DNA from: Cycas panzhihuaensis
Taxonomy: Eukaryota; Plantae; Cycadophyta
Reading direction: 5' to 3'
DNA: 64,000 bases
Assembly: GCA_023213395.1 (NCBI GenBank)
Contig: CM041465.1
Span: forward strand, 96,789,741-96,853,740
Part shown: positions 1 to 12,899 of the stretch, piece after piece
Position numbering within the stretch: the first letter of the stretch is position 1
How the letters are laid out: each line of letters starts with the position of its first letter
Notes under the pieces: generated by a model
What the model was told of the DNA's origin: nothing
What the model saw: only the letters and a program-made list of their open reading frames with translations
Database searches by the model: none
Made by a program: the position numbers and the translations under genes

Positions 1-3000
1 CTTGGGAAAGAGAGGGACTTCCGGAGGAAGGGTCTCTGGAAGAGGGTCGGAAGGAGCGGGAGGACAAAAAGCTCCTGCTGCTTCCTTAGCGGCTTGAGAT
101 CACGTAAGGGAAAAAGTGGGAGTTGCTTTAAGCAACTGGATCACCTTCTTCCCCTTGTTCCGGGGTCGCGAAGGCGATAGGGTGCGATCGCTAGGAGAAC
201 GAGAGGAGGAAGAAGAATTCCTAGCGCCCTTCCCTTTATCGCGGGAAGGACGGGATTAGCGATCTTCCCTGCCACGGTTGTTCTTGGTTTGGGTATTGTG
301 ATCACGTTCCCGTGCTTAGGGAATGATCCTTATGAATCGGTTGATCCAAATTAGGCCTTGAGGCCCATTTGGAGAAGAATCGTCGAGGGCATCCTTTGGA
401 TGCCGGGCCCTACAACGCGAATCGCCGTGGAAGCAATCCCCATGAATGGAGCACCACTTCTTCTCAAGCGGGATCGACCTCCTCGCCGAGAGGACTGGGG
501 TTTCCATTCCCGGAAGAGGAGCTTGGGTAGTTTGTTGGACTTGCTTGTTTGATGTAGGAGATGAAGGATCTTGAAGCTTGAGTTTCATCGACGCCGAATG
601 AGCGATAAATGGCGTGAGAGGGTCTAAAGTCCTCTGTGAGGATGAGAGGAAGACCACGTCGGCTGGGAAGGTTTGGTATCTTTGGTAGGGGGTGGTGCCT
701 CACGGCGTTGCGAGGGCTTAAGAGGTTTCTTGAGACCCGCTTGGATCTCAATAGCCTCCAACGCCAAGTACTTGGCGATCGCGGAATCGCATGTAGTCAC
801 CCCCATCTTGAGGACTTCCACGTGGACTTCGGGACGAAGCGCATTGACGAACAGGTCTCGCTCACTCCCGCAATGTTGCCTTAGTGGAGTGAAGCAAGTC
901 GTGGAATTGCCGTACAAAGTCACGATTCATCTCATCGTGACCTTGTTTGAGTGAAAGAAAGGACTTCATTCCGCTCTTGAACGGATGAGCTGCATCAAAA
1001 TAGTTGACGAACTCATCCACCAATTGCTGGAATGAATGGATTGAATGGGCAGGGAGACGGTAGAACCATTTGAGGGCGTCACCCTGCAAGGATCTCGGGA
1101 ATAGTTTCATCAAAATATGGTTGTAAGCCCAGTAATCGATGCATGCCATAGAAAAACTATGGACATGCTCCGCCGAGTCTTGCGACGAAGTTCCATCGAA
1201 CCTAGGAACTTCCGGGGGATGAGGTGGCAAGTTGATTCGCAACGCCTCAACCGAAAGAGGGGTTGACCTAAAGTCCATGAAGGGGCGCGCCCTTGCCTGA
1301 ACCGTAGGATCAACGAATGTCGAGTAGAAGCGCACAAGGAGCGGATGGGGGTGGGACACCCATCCCTCCTTGAGGAAACGCCCCTTGCTGAAAAGAGGCG
1401 TGGGGGTAGGTGCCTTGGAAGGGAGTCGGGTTCCCTTGCGAAAGCACAACGGATGGGATTGCATTGGAAGAAGGGTAAGACAGATGTGGAACCGAGTTTT
1501 GCCCATATGGGCCACCCCTAGGTGGAGCAACCCCATATGGGTGTAGCGGATCCACCCCATAAACGGGAAGACGGCTTCCTCTACCCTGCCCCCAAGGTTG
1601 AGAGGTATATCCTGGGGGAACGTAGAAGGAAGCACTAACATGCTGGGCTGGAGGATGCATGGGAGCGGATCCCACATGACTAGTGGTTGGAAAGCTAGTA
1701 GGGCCAATAGGCCTACTAGGGATGGTATGCGCCACATTAGGGGATGGCACATTGGTTTGATTAGGAGCGGGTATGCTAACCCTCAATTGAGGGAAAGACG
1801 CACCATGAGAAGATCCTAAGGCATTAGGACCTTGATGAGGGACGGGAGGTGCCATGCACGCCCCCACTGCAGGGAACGAGTGGGACGTACGTGTAGGCAC
1901 GAAGGGATTTGTGATCATAGGAAGGGTGGATGAGGATGAGGCATGAGGTGGGAGAGCAGAAGAGGAAGAGGCCCCTCCACGAAGGACATCCTCAAACCAC
2001 CTAGGACGCGGTTGCAAGCGTGTTGCGCGGCAACACTCGTTGAAAGCTTCAACTACGTCGACAGGAGGAGTCCCAACACACTCGTAAGAGGTGATCAGAA
2101 CCTCAAACAAGGTAGGACCCTCGGACCGTTCCTCATAAGAATTGCCAACTACGTGGCAACCCTCAAGAGGAACGGGTCCTTCTACGACGTGGATAGAAGG
2201 ATGAGCATCGAAGGAAAGGGGTTGGTCGTTTGGATAATAAAGGGGGTCGTCACCTTCCTGGGTGGACTCGGGAATAACAGGAGGAAAGGCATGGGTTTCC
2301 ATGGCTGAAGTATGGTAGGTCCAATCGGAAGAGTATCCCTCCATAGTCGGATCGGAATCTGACGAGGCAAGAAGGCGATACTCAGGGTCCTCTAACAAAG
2401 GAGGTAGACCGCGCAAACGACGAGAGAAACGCCGCATGCAAGGTCAACCGACAATGTTAGGAAAGGAGAAAAAACGACAAAACACACGTGTTGGGGGTTA
2501 CCCAACGTGGAGATCGAGATAAGTATGAAAAGGATCACACAAGAGTAGCGAAACCAACCGAAGAGAGCGAAACTAGCTCTCTTGGCGGGCCCCCAAGATG
2601 GTCCCAAGTGGACGCTACCGCTACGGATAACTACCTAACTGATAGGTGTAAGGGAGAGTGAGTGGTGGAATGATAGAAGGTGGGACCTAAAAGATGGGTA
2701 ACTACCACGCAGAGGCACCGTCTTGTGGGAGCGCTTGAGTTCGGGATCTGCAATGGAGTATGGCTACTACCGGGTGACCCTTCACCACTTCGAATAAGGG
2801 GTGAAGGTGCGTAGGGCAAACCTGGGTTGACCTGGAAATAGGACCCTCCCACCCTTGGGTGGCCTGAAGGGGGGAAGAGAAGACCTAATGGAGACAGGCC
2901 AAGAGCAAGCCTACACAACCTAATCCTGCACACGAGTGATGCGGGAAGCAAGGCACTCGTGTGGTCAAGGGGAGAGGAGGAAAGGTAGGGGAGAGGAGGA

Positions 3001-5172
3001 CTCCTACAATCTTTCCTACGAATGATAAAGATGCATGAAACAAGACAAAAGAATCGCAAACAAGTACCAAACCAATTTCTTCCTTTTATCCTTCAATGTA
3101 CTAATTACTACAAAAGAAATAAAAGGAAAAGAAAGGGTAGCGGAGGGGAACAAAACGTGCACCTAGAGCGAAGGTGTGCGAGACAAAGTAGCCTTCCCGA
3201 GGAGCACCCAACCACTCCGCGCGACGTACTGGATGCGAGATATTACGGCGGACGAAGAGGGGGCTTCCTTACCTTCCCTGAAAAAATCAAATGCAATACC
3301 AGGGAAGAAAGGAAGCACCAACTAAGAAATGAAATAGCATGAAAACATAACGCACATGAAGGTGCTTACCGGTAGCTAGGCCCACGGGCGATGCACTCCA
3401 CGCTTCCCAAGTACCTGCAAGCAATAGCGGTCTCTTTCCCTTCCCGAAGGAAGAGCACTAACATGCAATACAAAAACTCTAACAATATATGGCTAAATAA
3501 CATAAACGAGAATTTGATTATACATGCGTTAATGCTAGTCCAACAATAAAAGTATCAAAAGAAAGTAACCAAAGTGAAAGTAAATGGTTGGGTAAGCCTC
3601 GGAGTGGCCTACCTCCCGCAAATGATGCCCAAACCTCCCCCCAAGAGCCACGAGGCAGCGAGGGGAAAGTCAAGAGCAAGGGCTGGAAAATGGCAACAAA
3701 AAGGGGCAAAGAAAGGCCCAAGAGTACCCATGGCGAACCGGGATGCTATGAGGAGCAAACCGGGTGACCTGGGGAAGAAAGGTGGAGCAAGAAACCAGCG
3801 GTTGGGACTTATGAGTGACGCCCAAACCTGAACAAAAGGTTCCAAATCAGTGCTGCAACTTGCGACAAGTCCGGTTTGGGCAACCAAAGAGGGTTCAAAC
3901 CCTTGTTTGCAAGCCAAGGGCAAAGACGGCGAGAGGGAGGTTTTGGGGGCTAAGAGCCGCAGGGAGCGTGGAAGGTGGTACTAATCCACCCAGCCTCCTC
4001 TCCAAAACCTATGCAACCCCTCCACACCGCTTTGGACAAAGAACACAGTAAGGAGCAAAGGAGAGTGGTATACTTGACCCCAAAGGGAGGACAACCAACT
4101 CTCAAGCAACAGGTAAGAGCAAACAAGCTGAAGCATGAATATCATAAGAAAACAAGCATAAAAACAAGGAATACCTGAAAAGGAGAGGTAAGGGATTTGC
4201 CTCAGCCAAAGGGCGGCAGAGAGGGGCTGATAAATCAGCCCAGATCTGAAGTAGAACAGGTTTGAGGACCTGCTACAGAGGTGTGACGGAAAACACCTGC
4301 ACTTGGGGCGCTTATGGACTGCCTGGGCAAAGACCGGCTGGAAACCACTTCAAAGGAGCCCTCTCCAAAGCGTTTGAGGGGCCGAGAGAATGTCTCAGCC
4401 ACGCCAAAGGAGAGTCAAGGCTGTATGAAGGGTGCAGTCCATTGATGCAAAGCAAGCAGAGAGAAGCAGCAGAGAGTGTTTCCTTGAGAGCAATTCCAAA
4501 AGTGAGCAAAAGATCCTTGAAAATGAGCCAAAGGGCTTAAGTACTCAAGCAAAACCCTAAAGCGTGCGATTAGGGCGAGTGGAAGAGAAATAAAGTCTGA
4601 GCCATGTGGCGCTTTCACAATAAATGTGAAATTGCTACGGTGGATTTTAAAACAACTCGAGATCGTCACGGAATTTCGCATCATGGATATTCCCGGCAGA
4701 TCACAAAAATCCGCAGACGCGCCAGAGAGCCAAAACTGGGCCCACCAACCGCCTAGGTCGGGGCATTGACGTAAAAGGCTAATGTAACGCTAAAACACCT
4801 ACCCGGGAGCAAACAAGCCAACAAAACGGGTCCAAAGGAGTAAAAATAGGGCTCGAGTGGGGTGGTAAGTTGACCAAACGATGATGAGTCATCACACAGG
4901 CGGAGGTGGTGCAAACCTAGTGGATCTTGGAGCGAGGAGGGCAGATGCGGGAAATGTCGGTCACTGTGGTGCCACACTCGCTAGGAGTGTGCCCCTGCTA
5001 TAGTCGTCATAGGCTAAAATAAGTGTGGACGACTACAAGGCCGCCCACAAAGTCATACACATGCAGATACGCAAGCAAACATCCAGTAAAAGAAGGCGAT
5101 GATAATGCGAGAGACATACCTGCACTTACCTAAGTCGGTGATTCCGTATCCATTCCCGGAAGCCAGGAAACA
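1..5172 (-). mobile_element. Element A: young Ty3/gypsy Tat-type LTR retrotransposon, 5' part (5' LTR + leader + gag); runs off the left edge
   Basis: Gag ORF pieces on the - strand. The 5' end TGTTTCCTGG at 5172 is also where homology with copy D ends (TGTTTCTTGC at 38580) and interrupts the aRH of B. Much richer in GC and CpG than its flanks. LTR/PBS boundary not resolved. Confidence 0.85.
316..2437 (-). pseudogene. gag: Gag of element A (Pro-rich N-terminus, capsid, CX2HX4HX4C knuckle), frameshifted
   Basis: Overlapping ORFs 1310-2437, 862-1752, 624-923 and 316-657 join into MRRFSRRLRGLPP...PRFDGTSSQDSAEHV...LFPRSLQGDALKWF...LKQGHDEMNRDFVRQF...WCSIHGDCFHGDSRC. Confidence 0.85.
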
Positions 5173-5543
5173 GAAGCTAAAGTATTAGCTTTAGTATTAA
5201 GGGATCATGGAGTATACTAGATAGTAATAGAAGAAAACATGGATATCAATAATAAAACTTGATGGTAGAGAACAAGGGATCATGGAAAATGGATCTATTA
5301 GGTATCAACCAACTGGTAAACGACAACCTGAGGGTCAAAATAGATAGTGATAGGACCATAATGGAACTGATAAATCTTGAATAGGGCTCCTATAATAGTA
5401 AGATACTCAGCTTCATTGTTAGTTAGTCTAGGTAAAAATAAGCCAACAAATGAAAGAAGGTTTTTTGATTAAATATAAATCACCTATATAGTAATAGATG
5501 GTCTTAGGTTACCTCTACTACCTCTATTAGTAAAAATACTTAA
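5173..5543 (-). pseudogene. Archaeal-type RNase H (aRH) relic of element B
   Basis: Manual translation: LSIFTNRGSRGNLRPS...LTNNEAEYLTIIGAL...ITIYFDPQVVVYQL...LNTKANTLA, the DG-SRGNPG / TNNEAEY / DSQLVV / N-AD-LA pattern. Confidence 0.85.
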
Positions 5544-6484
5544 TCCCATAGAAAAATAAGAACTAAATTTTGAGATGATGTAATCAATGAAGGAGAGGTG
5601 TAGGAATCAATTAGTAAGGAGTTGGTATAGAATGATAAGAAAATGGTTTTGACTATAAGAGAAAAGAACAATATCATAACCAGGATAACAAACAATGATA
5701 AAAAGATGTCAAATAAATTTTGATCACAACTAAGGTCACGATGGACCCACACAACTAGAGCCGACTATCCTAGGTGACCCACCTCAATAAACCCAACCTA
5801 TAATGGATATAAGTGGGGATGAAGTCATCACATGACTTGCCCCAGATAACAAGAGGATGGCAACAATGATATTTTAAACTTTTTTTTTGATTTTTTGATA
5901 TATATATTTTTACCTTTTTATTTTTACTTTTTCATTTTTACTTTTTGATATTTACAATAATGAGAGTATCACAATCATCTAATTATGAAATACACCTTCT
6001 CAATGTAGAATAAAACTAAAATGGGATGAAGGCAATCTAATTCCTCAAAAGTTAAACTATAGGAAAAAAAGAAAATCTAAATCACAATGTCTCCAAATAT
6101 ATAAGGAAGGTGGTAGAATGAGAATTCACCTTAAGAGTGTAAATAAAGGGAATTAAGGGTTATAAAAAGAAAAGTAGGTGAAATATAATAAAAAAAAAAT
6201 CTCTAAAGTAAATAAAAAGGTATAAAATGTAAACTAGATAGTCAATAAGATAACTAAAACTAAAGTTGACACAATAGATTTTTTTGCATTAACAACTATC
6301 AAAGGTAAAGCTAGGGGTCAAAGTTCTCTTTTGAGTTTAGAGCTCAAAAGAGAAAATAATAATGAAATATAGATCCTAACAAATAATGCCTATGCCAAAA
6401 GAAGATGATAGTCTTACATAGTTGGAAAAATATTGATTCATAAGAATGAAAGAAAAATGAGAGAATCTAAAAGAAGGAAATTAC

Positions 6485-6615
6485 CCATAGTTTGTCATTA
6501 GACAATGTTATTTTTTAGAGCCATAGTTTATCCTCATTGCAGAGACATGGCTAGTCTACCATAGTTTATACTCTTTAGTAGATAAATTTCTTGGAGTCAT
6601 AGTTTATACTAATTA
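6485..6615. repeat. Cluster of short CATAGTTTATACTCATT-type motifs (Tat 3' region)
   Basis: 3-4 copies here; the same motif occurs at 40504-40660, ~42287 and 49254-49310. Confidence 0.75.
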
Positions 6616-9600
6616 TGAATTCATGCTTGGAGTGTCACCTAAATCTAAGTCAATATCAATAGTCCCTGTTATGAGTATGGTATTACCTTCTTTAAAATGA
6701 AGGGGAGTAAGTTACACAAGAGAAACTGATTCCTTAGATTGAGAATGAGTAGCTAGTGGTAAATTTGAATGTATTAGTTTTGGAAACCCTTGCTTATGAT
6801 GATGAGGAGGGAGGCTAGGCATAAATCCAACTATATGCTTAAGGATTCCCTCATCATTCTCAAAATGATCTAAGTGAAAGAGATTAACAAGAATAAAGTT
6901 TTTTAATAAATCATAGGAAGGAGATGATGGCCTATCAATTTTGGGACCATCAAGTGAAGGATGTTGATAAGTTGGTAAAATCTCAATAATTAAAGGAACT
7001 TGGGTGAATTAGATAAGTTTATCAACAAATTCTTAAGCTGAGGCAAAAAATTTTTAAGCTGATCATAGTCAAGAAAATGATAATGACCAGATAGAGTTAT
7101 CTAAACAAGAGGTGATAAAGAATCATCAATAAAGTCAAGAGAATGGAAAGAAATAATTAAAATTAAATTAATCTCTCAAACTCTGTTGGGTAAAATCTAA
7201 ATTATTTTAGATGAAATAGAAAATAAAACAACCTTATTATTAGATACTAAATCTGGATGTCTATGTAATAAGAGTTTCCTTTCATGTCTATTAATCCATG
7301 TAATGTAGAAAGAAGATAGAGAAAATGAGGTTATTGTATGTGTTGATACATTATACAAAGATATGGTTACACATAGAGGAGCTATTGGAACAGAAGAAAT
7401 GGAGACACCTCTAACTAAAGGTAAATGTAGAACTTGTGAAAATGACACTCATTTAAGAGTGGAGGATTAGAGTTAGTTATTTGAACTATGGAAAGTTCTT
7501 TGCAAGATTGATTAACATCAAATATCTCTTATTTATAAGAAGAACAAGAACAAGAAGAAGTTTGAGATAGTAGAGTGGTACTAATGAGATTGGAGGGCAA
7601 AAAGAAACCTAGTTTAAAATGGACAATCTCAACCATATCAACATCTTTCATCTCTCACTGAGAAGGGGGAGTTTCAATAGTGAAATATTATCTTAAGCCT
7701 AAAGATTAAAAAAGTATTTTGAAGAATTAGAGAATTCACTAGTTTCAATAATAATTTCAATGAGAGGCACTGATTACTTGATTGGTTTAGGTTTATACTT
7801 TATAGCCTTTAGTTCACCTTCATAGATGAACTAAAGTTCACTAATAAGAGAAGAACAAATAATAGCCATTTGAGTAATCCAAGGTCTAACCAAAGGAATA
7901 TCATACTTCAAATCAAGATTAATGGGGTGTCTTTTGATTTTTATTATAACCTTAGTAAATCCACTCACAAGGATCAAAGACTAAAATCTCTAGATCTTCA
8001 ATAAGATGAAGAGGGATAACATTAACAAATGAACCTTCATCAATGATGGTGCATTAGATATTGATATCATCTTTAATAATCTCAATATAAAATGACAAAT
8101 ATCATTAGGAGCATGGTTGACTTGACTAGGCAAATTAGCTAAGTAGAAGGCAAGAATAGAACTAGATAATCTCACCAAGGCATGGACTCCTAATGCATCA
8201 AATAGAAGTTGACATTGCTTAGGGTAAGAGTTTAACAAGTCCATAATTGATATCCCAACAGGAATAGTCTTCAACTAATCAACCAAAGAAAATGATCTAT
8301 CCTTTAAACTAGAAGGCATGGATTGAAACCTAATGGGGTGAGAGGGAACTAGAAACAAAAAGTCAGGGTTTTTGGGCATCAAACCATTAGATGATTTGGA
8401 AGGACCTACACTCTTTATGGTTAACCATATTGAGAGTTCTTTTAGTTTCACTACCTTTAGGAGGTAGGTGAATTTGACTATTAACATGCTTTAATGTGGG
8501 GTTAGAAGAGGTAATTCGTTTATTTAATGAATTGAGTTTTGAAGTCATTTACCATTCGATCTTTTTTGCTATCATTTATAAGGCCATCATCTTTAAGATA
8601 TTTATCACCTCTTACCATTTTGCTTCTATCTTACCATTTTGCTTCTACTTGAGTAAGATGCATATGTAGAGGCAAAACGTTTGGTGGAAAATCTTGAAGC
8701 CCCAATAACCTTCTTTGTTAGCATGATGATGTTATATCCATTATTTAAAAGTATAAAAGAAACAAAAGATAACTCTATAGTATGATCACCAAAATGTTGG
8801 TTGGTTGGAAATCAGTCTAGGTTAAGTACCTCTTAATAACTTTATGTTTTTTTTGTTTCAACTAAATATTGGGAGATATGTCAACCTATAGGAACCCTAG
8901 GACCACCTTTACCAACTCTTAAGAAGGAGTCTCCACTTGGTTATATGATTTATGGTATAGAGAATAAGAGGCTAGGGTATGTAGATATAACTCGATGAAG
9001 GAATACACTAGCTTACACAATTAAGTGGAGGAGATTTGAGTTTAGAGCTACACTAATAATGTTTCTTTTTTCATTATTTACTCCTTCCTTTATGTCATTC
9101 AATATTTTAGGTTTACTTGGTTAAAGGAAAGGGCATGAAGTTTTTGCAAAATCATATACTTATAAAATTAATTTGTATAAAAGAAACTAACTAAATAAAA
9201 GAAAATCACAGTATCAAACTAATTAAGAAAAGAAACCACGCTTTCCTTTTTTTTAAAGGGAAACTATATAAAATTAAATGAAACTTCTTTCAAATCTATT
9301 AAAGTAAAACTCTTATTCTAAATAAAAGGATTTAAGAAACAAACTTTATAAAGGAAACTCACCAATTGATAAAGGTTGAGGATGTATAGAGCTCCTTATA
9401 AGATTCTTTCACTTGCGTGCATAACCCTCAAATAGGATTTACAACTTTTCAAACATGAAAAAGATATAAGGCAATGTAGCAACTCATAAAATATAACATG
9501 CAAGTGTCATAGTTAACATGCAAGCAAAACTTTATTCATATGATTCTTTAAGAAGCAAAGTTAGGGGCATAGAAAGATCTCACAATTAATGAAGCCACAT

Positions 9601-11412
9601 GCAACTAAAGAATTCATGAATTCAATCTATCTCTTATGAAAAAAAGAGTAAAAATAGACATATAAAGTTTATTCTTCTCACTCTTTCCTATTTATTATCT
9701 TTTTATAACAAGAAGAAAGAAGTGAAGAATTAAAGAGAGCATTTTAAACAACCATAAGAATACTCAATAAAGGCTACCATATTTGTGCTTCAGGATAGCA
9801 ATCTTCCCCTTATTAACCAATCTTTCACCACTTTTTTCTTTTATGTAGTAAAAATGAGAAAACTAAGAAGAAATTAGAGGACTATCACTAAAATAAGAAG
9901 AATGAGATAAGCTTCTCTTAGAAGGAATCTTAATTGCTATGGAGAATGAGAGGGGAGAAGTTATAAATTATGGTGAAGAGGAAGAGCTTTCTTTTTTATA
10001 GCTAACCCCTATGAATCCCATAAAGGGATGGCCTTTTAGCCTAGATTTTTCCAAGTAAATAACCATCATAAAAAAAAAAAATAAAGAAAGAAAAAGAAAA
10101 CTAGAGCCAAGATGAAGAAGATATCATAAACTAGGTACAATATAACCAAGAAACCTTTAAAAAATCAAAAGATAATGGTAGAAAAGAATTACCAAACTTT
10201 TGAGAAGAGTATTGAGGCTTAAATTAAATGTTTTGTAGAAGATAAATATCCTAATAAGTTTTAGAACAATCAAGTTTTAGTAGCACAGTCAAATTCTCCA
10301 AATCTCCAAGTATCTTTTTCTTTGATTCTTCCTTTTTTCTTCTCTTTTTCTTACTTCCAAGATGCAATAATCATAATCATCATCAATCTAAAGAGTTTTT
10401 AGGAGTTTCTAGGTGAAGGAGGAGGAGTTACCACAAAATCTAGGGGGAAAGATATAAGACCAGGGAAAAAATTAACATGTTTGACTAAAAAGTTTATATG
10501 CAACATAGTAACAAATATGACTTTTTTCATAAAATATAATTGATTGTATTTTATAAAGAAAACAAAATGCAATTTTATTCATAAAACATAATCAATTACA
10601 TTTTGTTAATAAAAATGTATTTTTGGCAATACTAAAAATGCAAAGAAATAAGGAATGAAAATTTTGATAAACAGACTTAAAAAACTCAAAGTATTGCTAC
10701 AAAACTAAAATAAAATAACTTCATCAGAGATAAAAGTAACCTAGTAGAAGTGATGAATTAAGAACAAACCTAAAAAATTATTAAAATTTGATAGCCAAAA
10801 TATAAAATCAAGAGGAAAAGATGGAAATAAGGAGTGTTTTAAAAGAAAAAAATGTGTTGGAATGGATTAGGTAAATATTTTGTTACTATAGTTTCATTTA
10901 TTGGCATATGGAAGTCATAAAAATACATTCATCCTCATCTAAACATCAATCATTCTAAATGTCAAAATAAAATTTCACCAAAATCATATTAATCCCATTA
11001 AAAGTATAACATGATATTCCAAATAATGAGATATAACTTTATTTAACGAGTAAATACCTATGATCAAATAAATAAATCAATGAGACATACAACACTCGAT
11101 CAAATGCTAGATTTTAGTGAAATAGGATTTGGGGCCTTGAAAAAGACCCATGAGGAAAGGTTGAGACTCATATGGATTGCTATCTTTGGCATCAAAGATA
11201 GCTTTGTAAATGGGTGGAAATGTTTGAGAGGGAGGAGACTCTTGAGCAATAACTTATACTTGTCCTTCATAGATAAATTTGAGTTGCCCCTAAAGTAAAG
11301 AGTAGACTACTCCTATTTAGTCTAACCAAGGTCAACCTAAAAGGAGGTTATAATCAATGTTGATGTCTAGGATAATGATGTCAATGTAGATGGTTTTATC
11401 TTCCATGATGAG

Positions 11413-12327
11413 TGTGTATGGGCAAAATGACACACAATTTTGAAATGAAATTTGACTTTTGGATCATAAGCAGATTATGGTTTAGGTCATGATTATGAGT
11501 AGTTCATGGTTTGGGTTGTGATCGCAAGTAGTTTATGGTTCTGGTCGTGATCGCGAGTAGTTTGTGGTTCAGGTCATGATCACGAGTAGTTCATGGTTTG
11601 GGCCATGATCATAAGCAGATCATGGTATAAACTGTGATCATGAGTAGATCATAGTTTGGGTCATGATTATGAGTAGATCATGGTTTAGGTTATGACCATG
11701 AGAAAATCATGGTTTAGGGCAAGATCATGAGCAGATCATAGTTTGGGTTAAGATTATAAGTAGATTGCAGTTTGGGTTGAGATTGTAAATAGATCATAGT
11801 TTGGATCAAGATTGCAAGTAGATCATAGTTTAGTCGAGATTATGGGAAGATCATAGTTCAGGTTAAGATTATGAGCAGGTTATAGTTCAAGTCAAGATTA
11901 TGAACATATCACAATTTAGTCAAGATTGTAAGTAGATCGCAACTAGTTATGAACTGATTGTAGTAAAAATATAATTGTAAACAAATTATAATTGAACACT
12001 TGAATGTATTCTATAATACCAGTGAATCAACTATTATTTTAGTTGTAATCAATAATGATTGAAAACCATTGGGAGTTATGGATAACTGAGAGTGAAAGGG
12101 GGAGGGCAAACAATAATGATGATGATGAGTACTTGGTAGAATCTTATTATTGTAAGCTTGATTAGCCATTAGCTTTCTGTGTACTATTAGGTCTACATCT
12201 GGTTGTAAGAGGACCAAATGCAGTTCCTTATCTTAATGATATTATATTTTGTGTTAAATCGGTGTTCCTTGTACATGCCTTATTCATTGATGAATATTTT
12301 AGTAGATGAATAGATGCATGACACACA
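11413..12327 (+). repeat. 5' LTR of element C
   Basis: TGTGT...GACACACA; colinear with 32838-33748 but heavily diverged. Confidence 0.9.
11462..11950 (+). repeat. Tandem array, ~17 x 29 bp, in the 5' LTR of C
   Basis: Unit such as gatcatgagtagatcatggtttgggtcat; contiguous units, no spacers. Confidence 0.95.
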
Positions 12328-12899
12328 TTAGTTCTATTGCCTAATAGAATTTGGGTGATTTAAAGACATCAAGGTGGATAAAGTTGAATAAATAAATTAG
12401 ACTTATTCCATGCCACCTAGGGTGGAAAATGAATCATGAAGAGAATGCAGAGAGTGTTGGGATAACGATAGACTCCAAACTAGAGTAAGGAAGCTAAGAT
12501 TTATAATCACACCAAGGAAGCAAGTGAAGGAGTGACCACTTGCTAACTTGATTAGAGGAAGGAAAGAGTCTATTAAAGATAAGATAATTAAAGTTGAAGA
12601 TAGCCAAGGGTATGCATTGGAAGGGGATCCTATTAGAATAGAAGCTCATGAGAAGAAAATTGATAAAGAATTTTCTAAAGACTTACTATTCCAAGAAGGT
12701 AAGAATACTTTGATTGAATTAGAATTATATAGTATAATAAATAGAGAGTGAAATTATCATTGGCTAGAAGTTAGAACTCCTTTAAGTCACATTTTGAATC
12801 CCTTATTTAAGTCTACAATGGAAAGCCCATGAGGGAGTATAGGAGGTAGAAGCCCACTGCCATGGGGGAACTCAAGAGCTGGAGGTTCATCATCAAATC

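Larger units (their letters stand above)
5173..8950 (-). mobile_element. Element B: decayed Tat-type deletion derivative (gag C-terminus, protease, pre-RT spacer, 3' region, aRH; RT-RH-INT absent)
   Basis: TIPVGISIMDLLNSYPKQ (7990-8274) resembles H 53174-53380. Protease TIIDEGSFV at ~8040 and LLVRPW at ~7890. Pre-RT LHFKEGNT at ~6690 is followed directly by 3' motif repeats. 8950-11115 may be its leader/LTR (unresolved). Confidence 0.7.

Noticed and set aside
2601-2620. Possible PBS of element A (gtcccaagtggacgcta)
   Set aside because: Only loosely like tRNA-Arg-type PBSs; no clean TGG start or adjacent LTR CA, and no second LTR in the window to confirm.
2392-4977. Many short ORFs on both strands
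   Set aside because: They lie in GC-rich LTR/leader DNA, show no recognisable motifs and are not evidently conserved in copies D or I.
8950-11115. Distinct element or gene in an AT-rich stretch
   Set aside because: No termini, TSD or coding motifs that I could support; probably leader/LTR remnants of B.
11462-11950. CRISPR-like regular repeats
   Set aside because: Units are contiguous with no unique spacers, are duplicated inside paired LTRs, and there are no cas genes.
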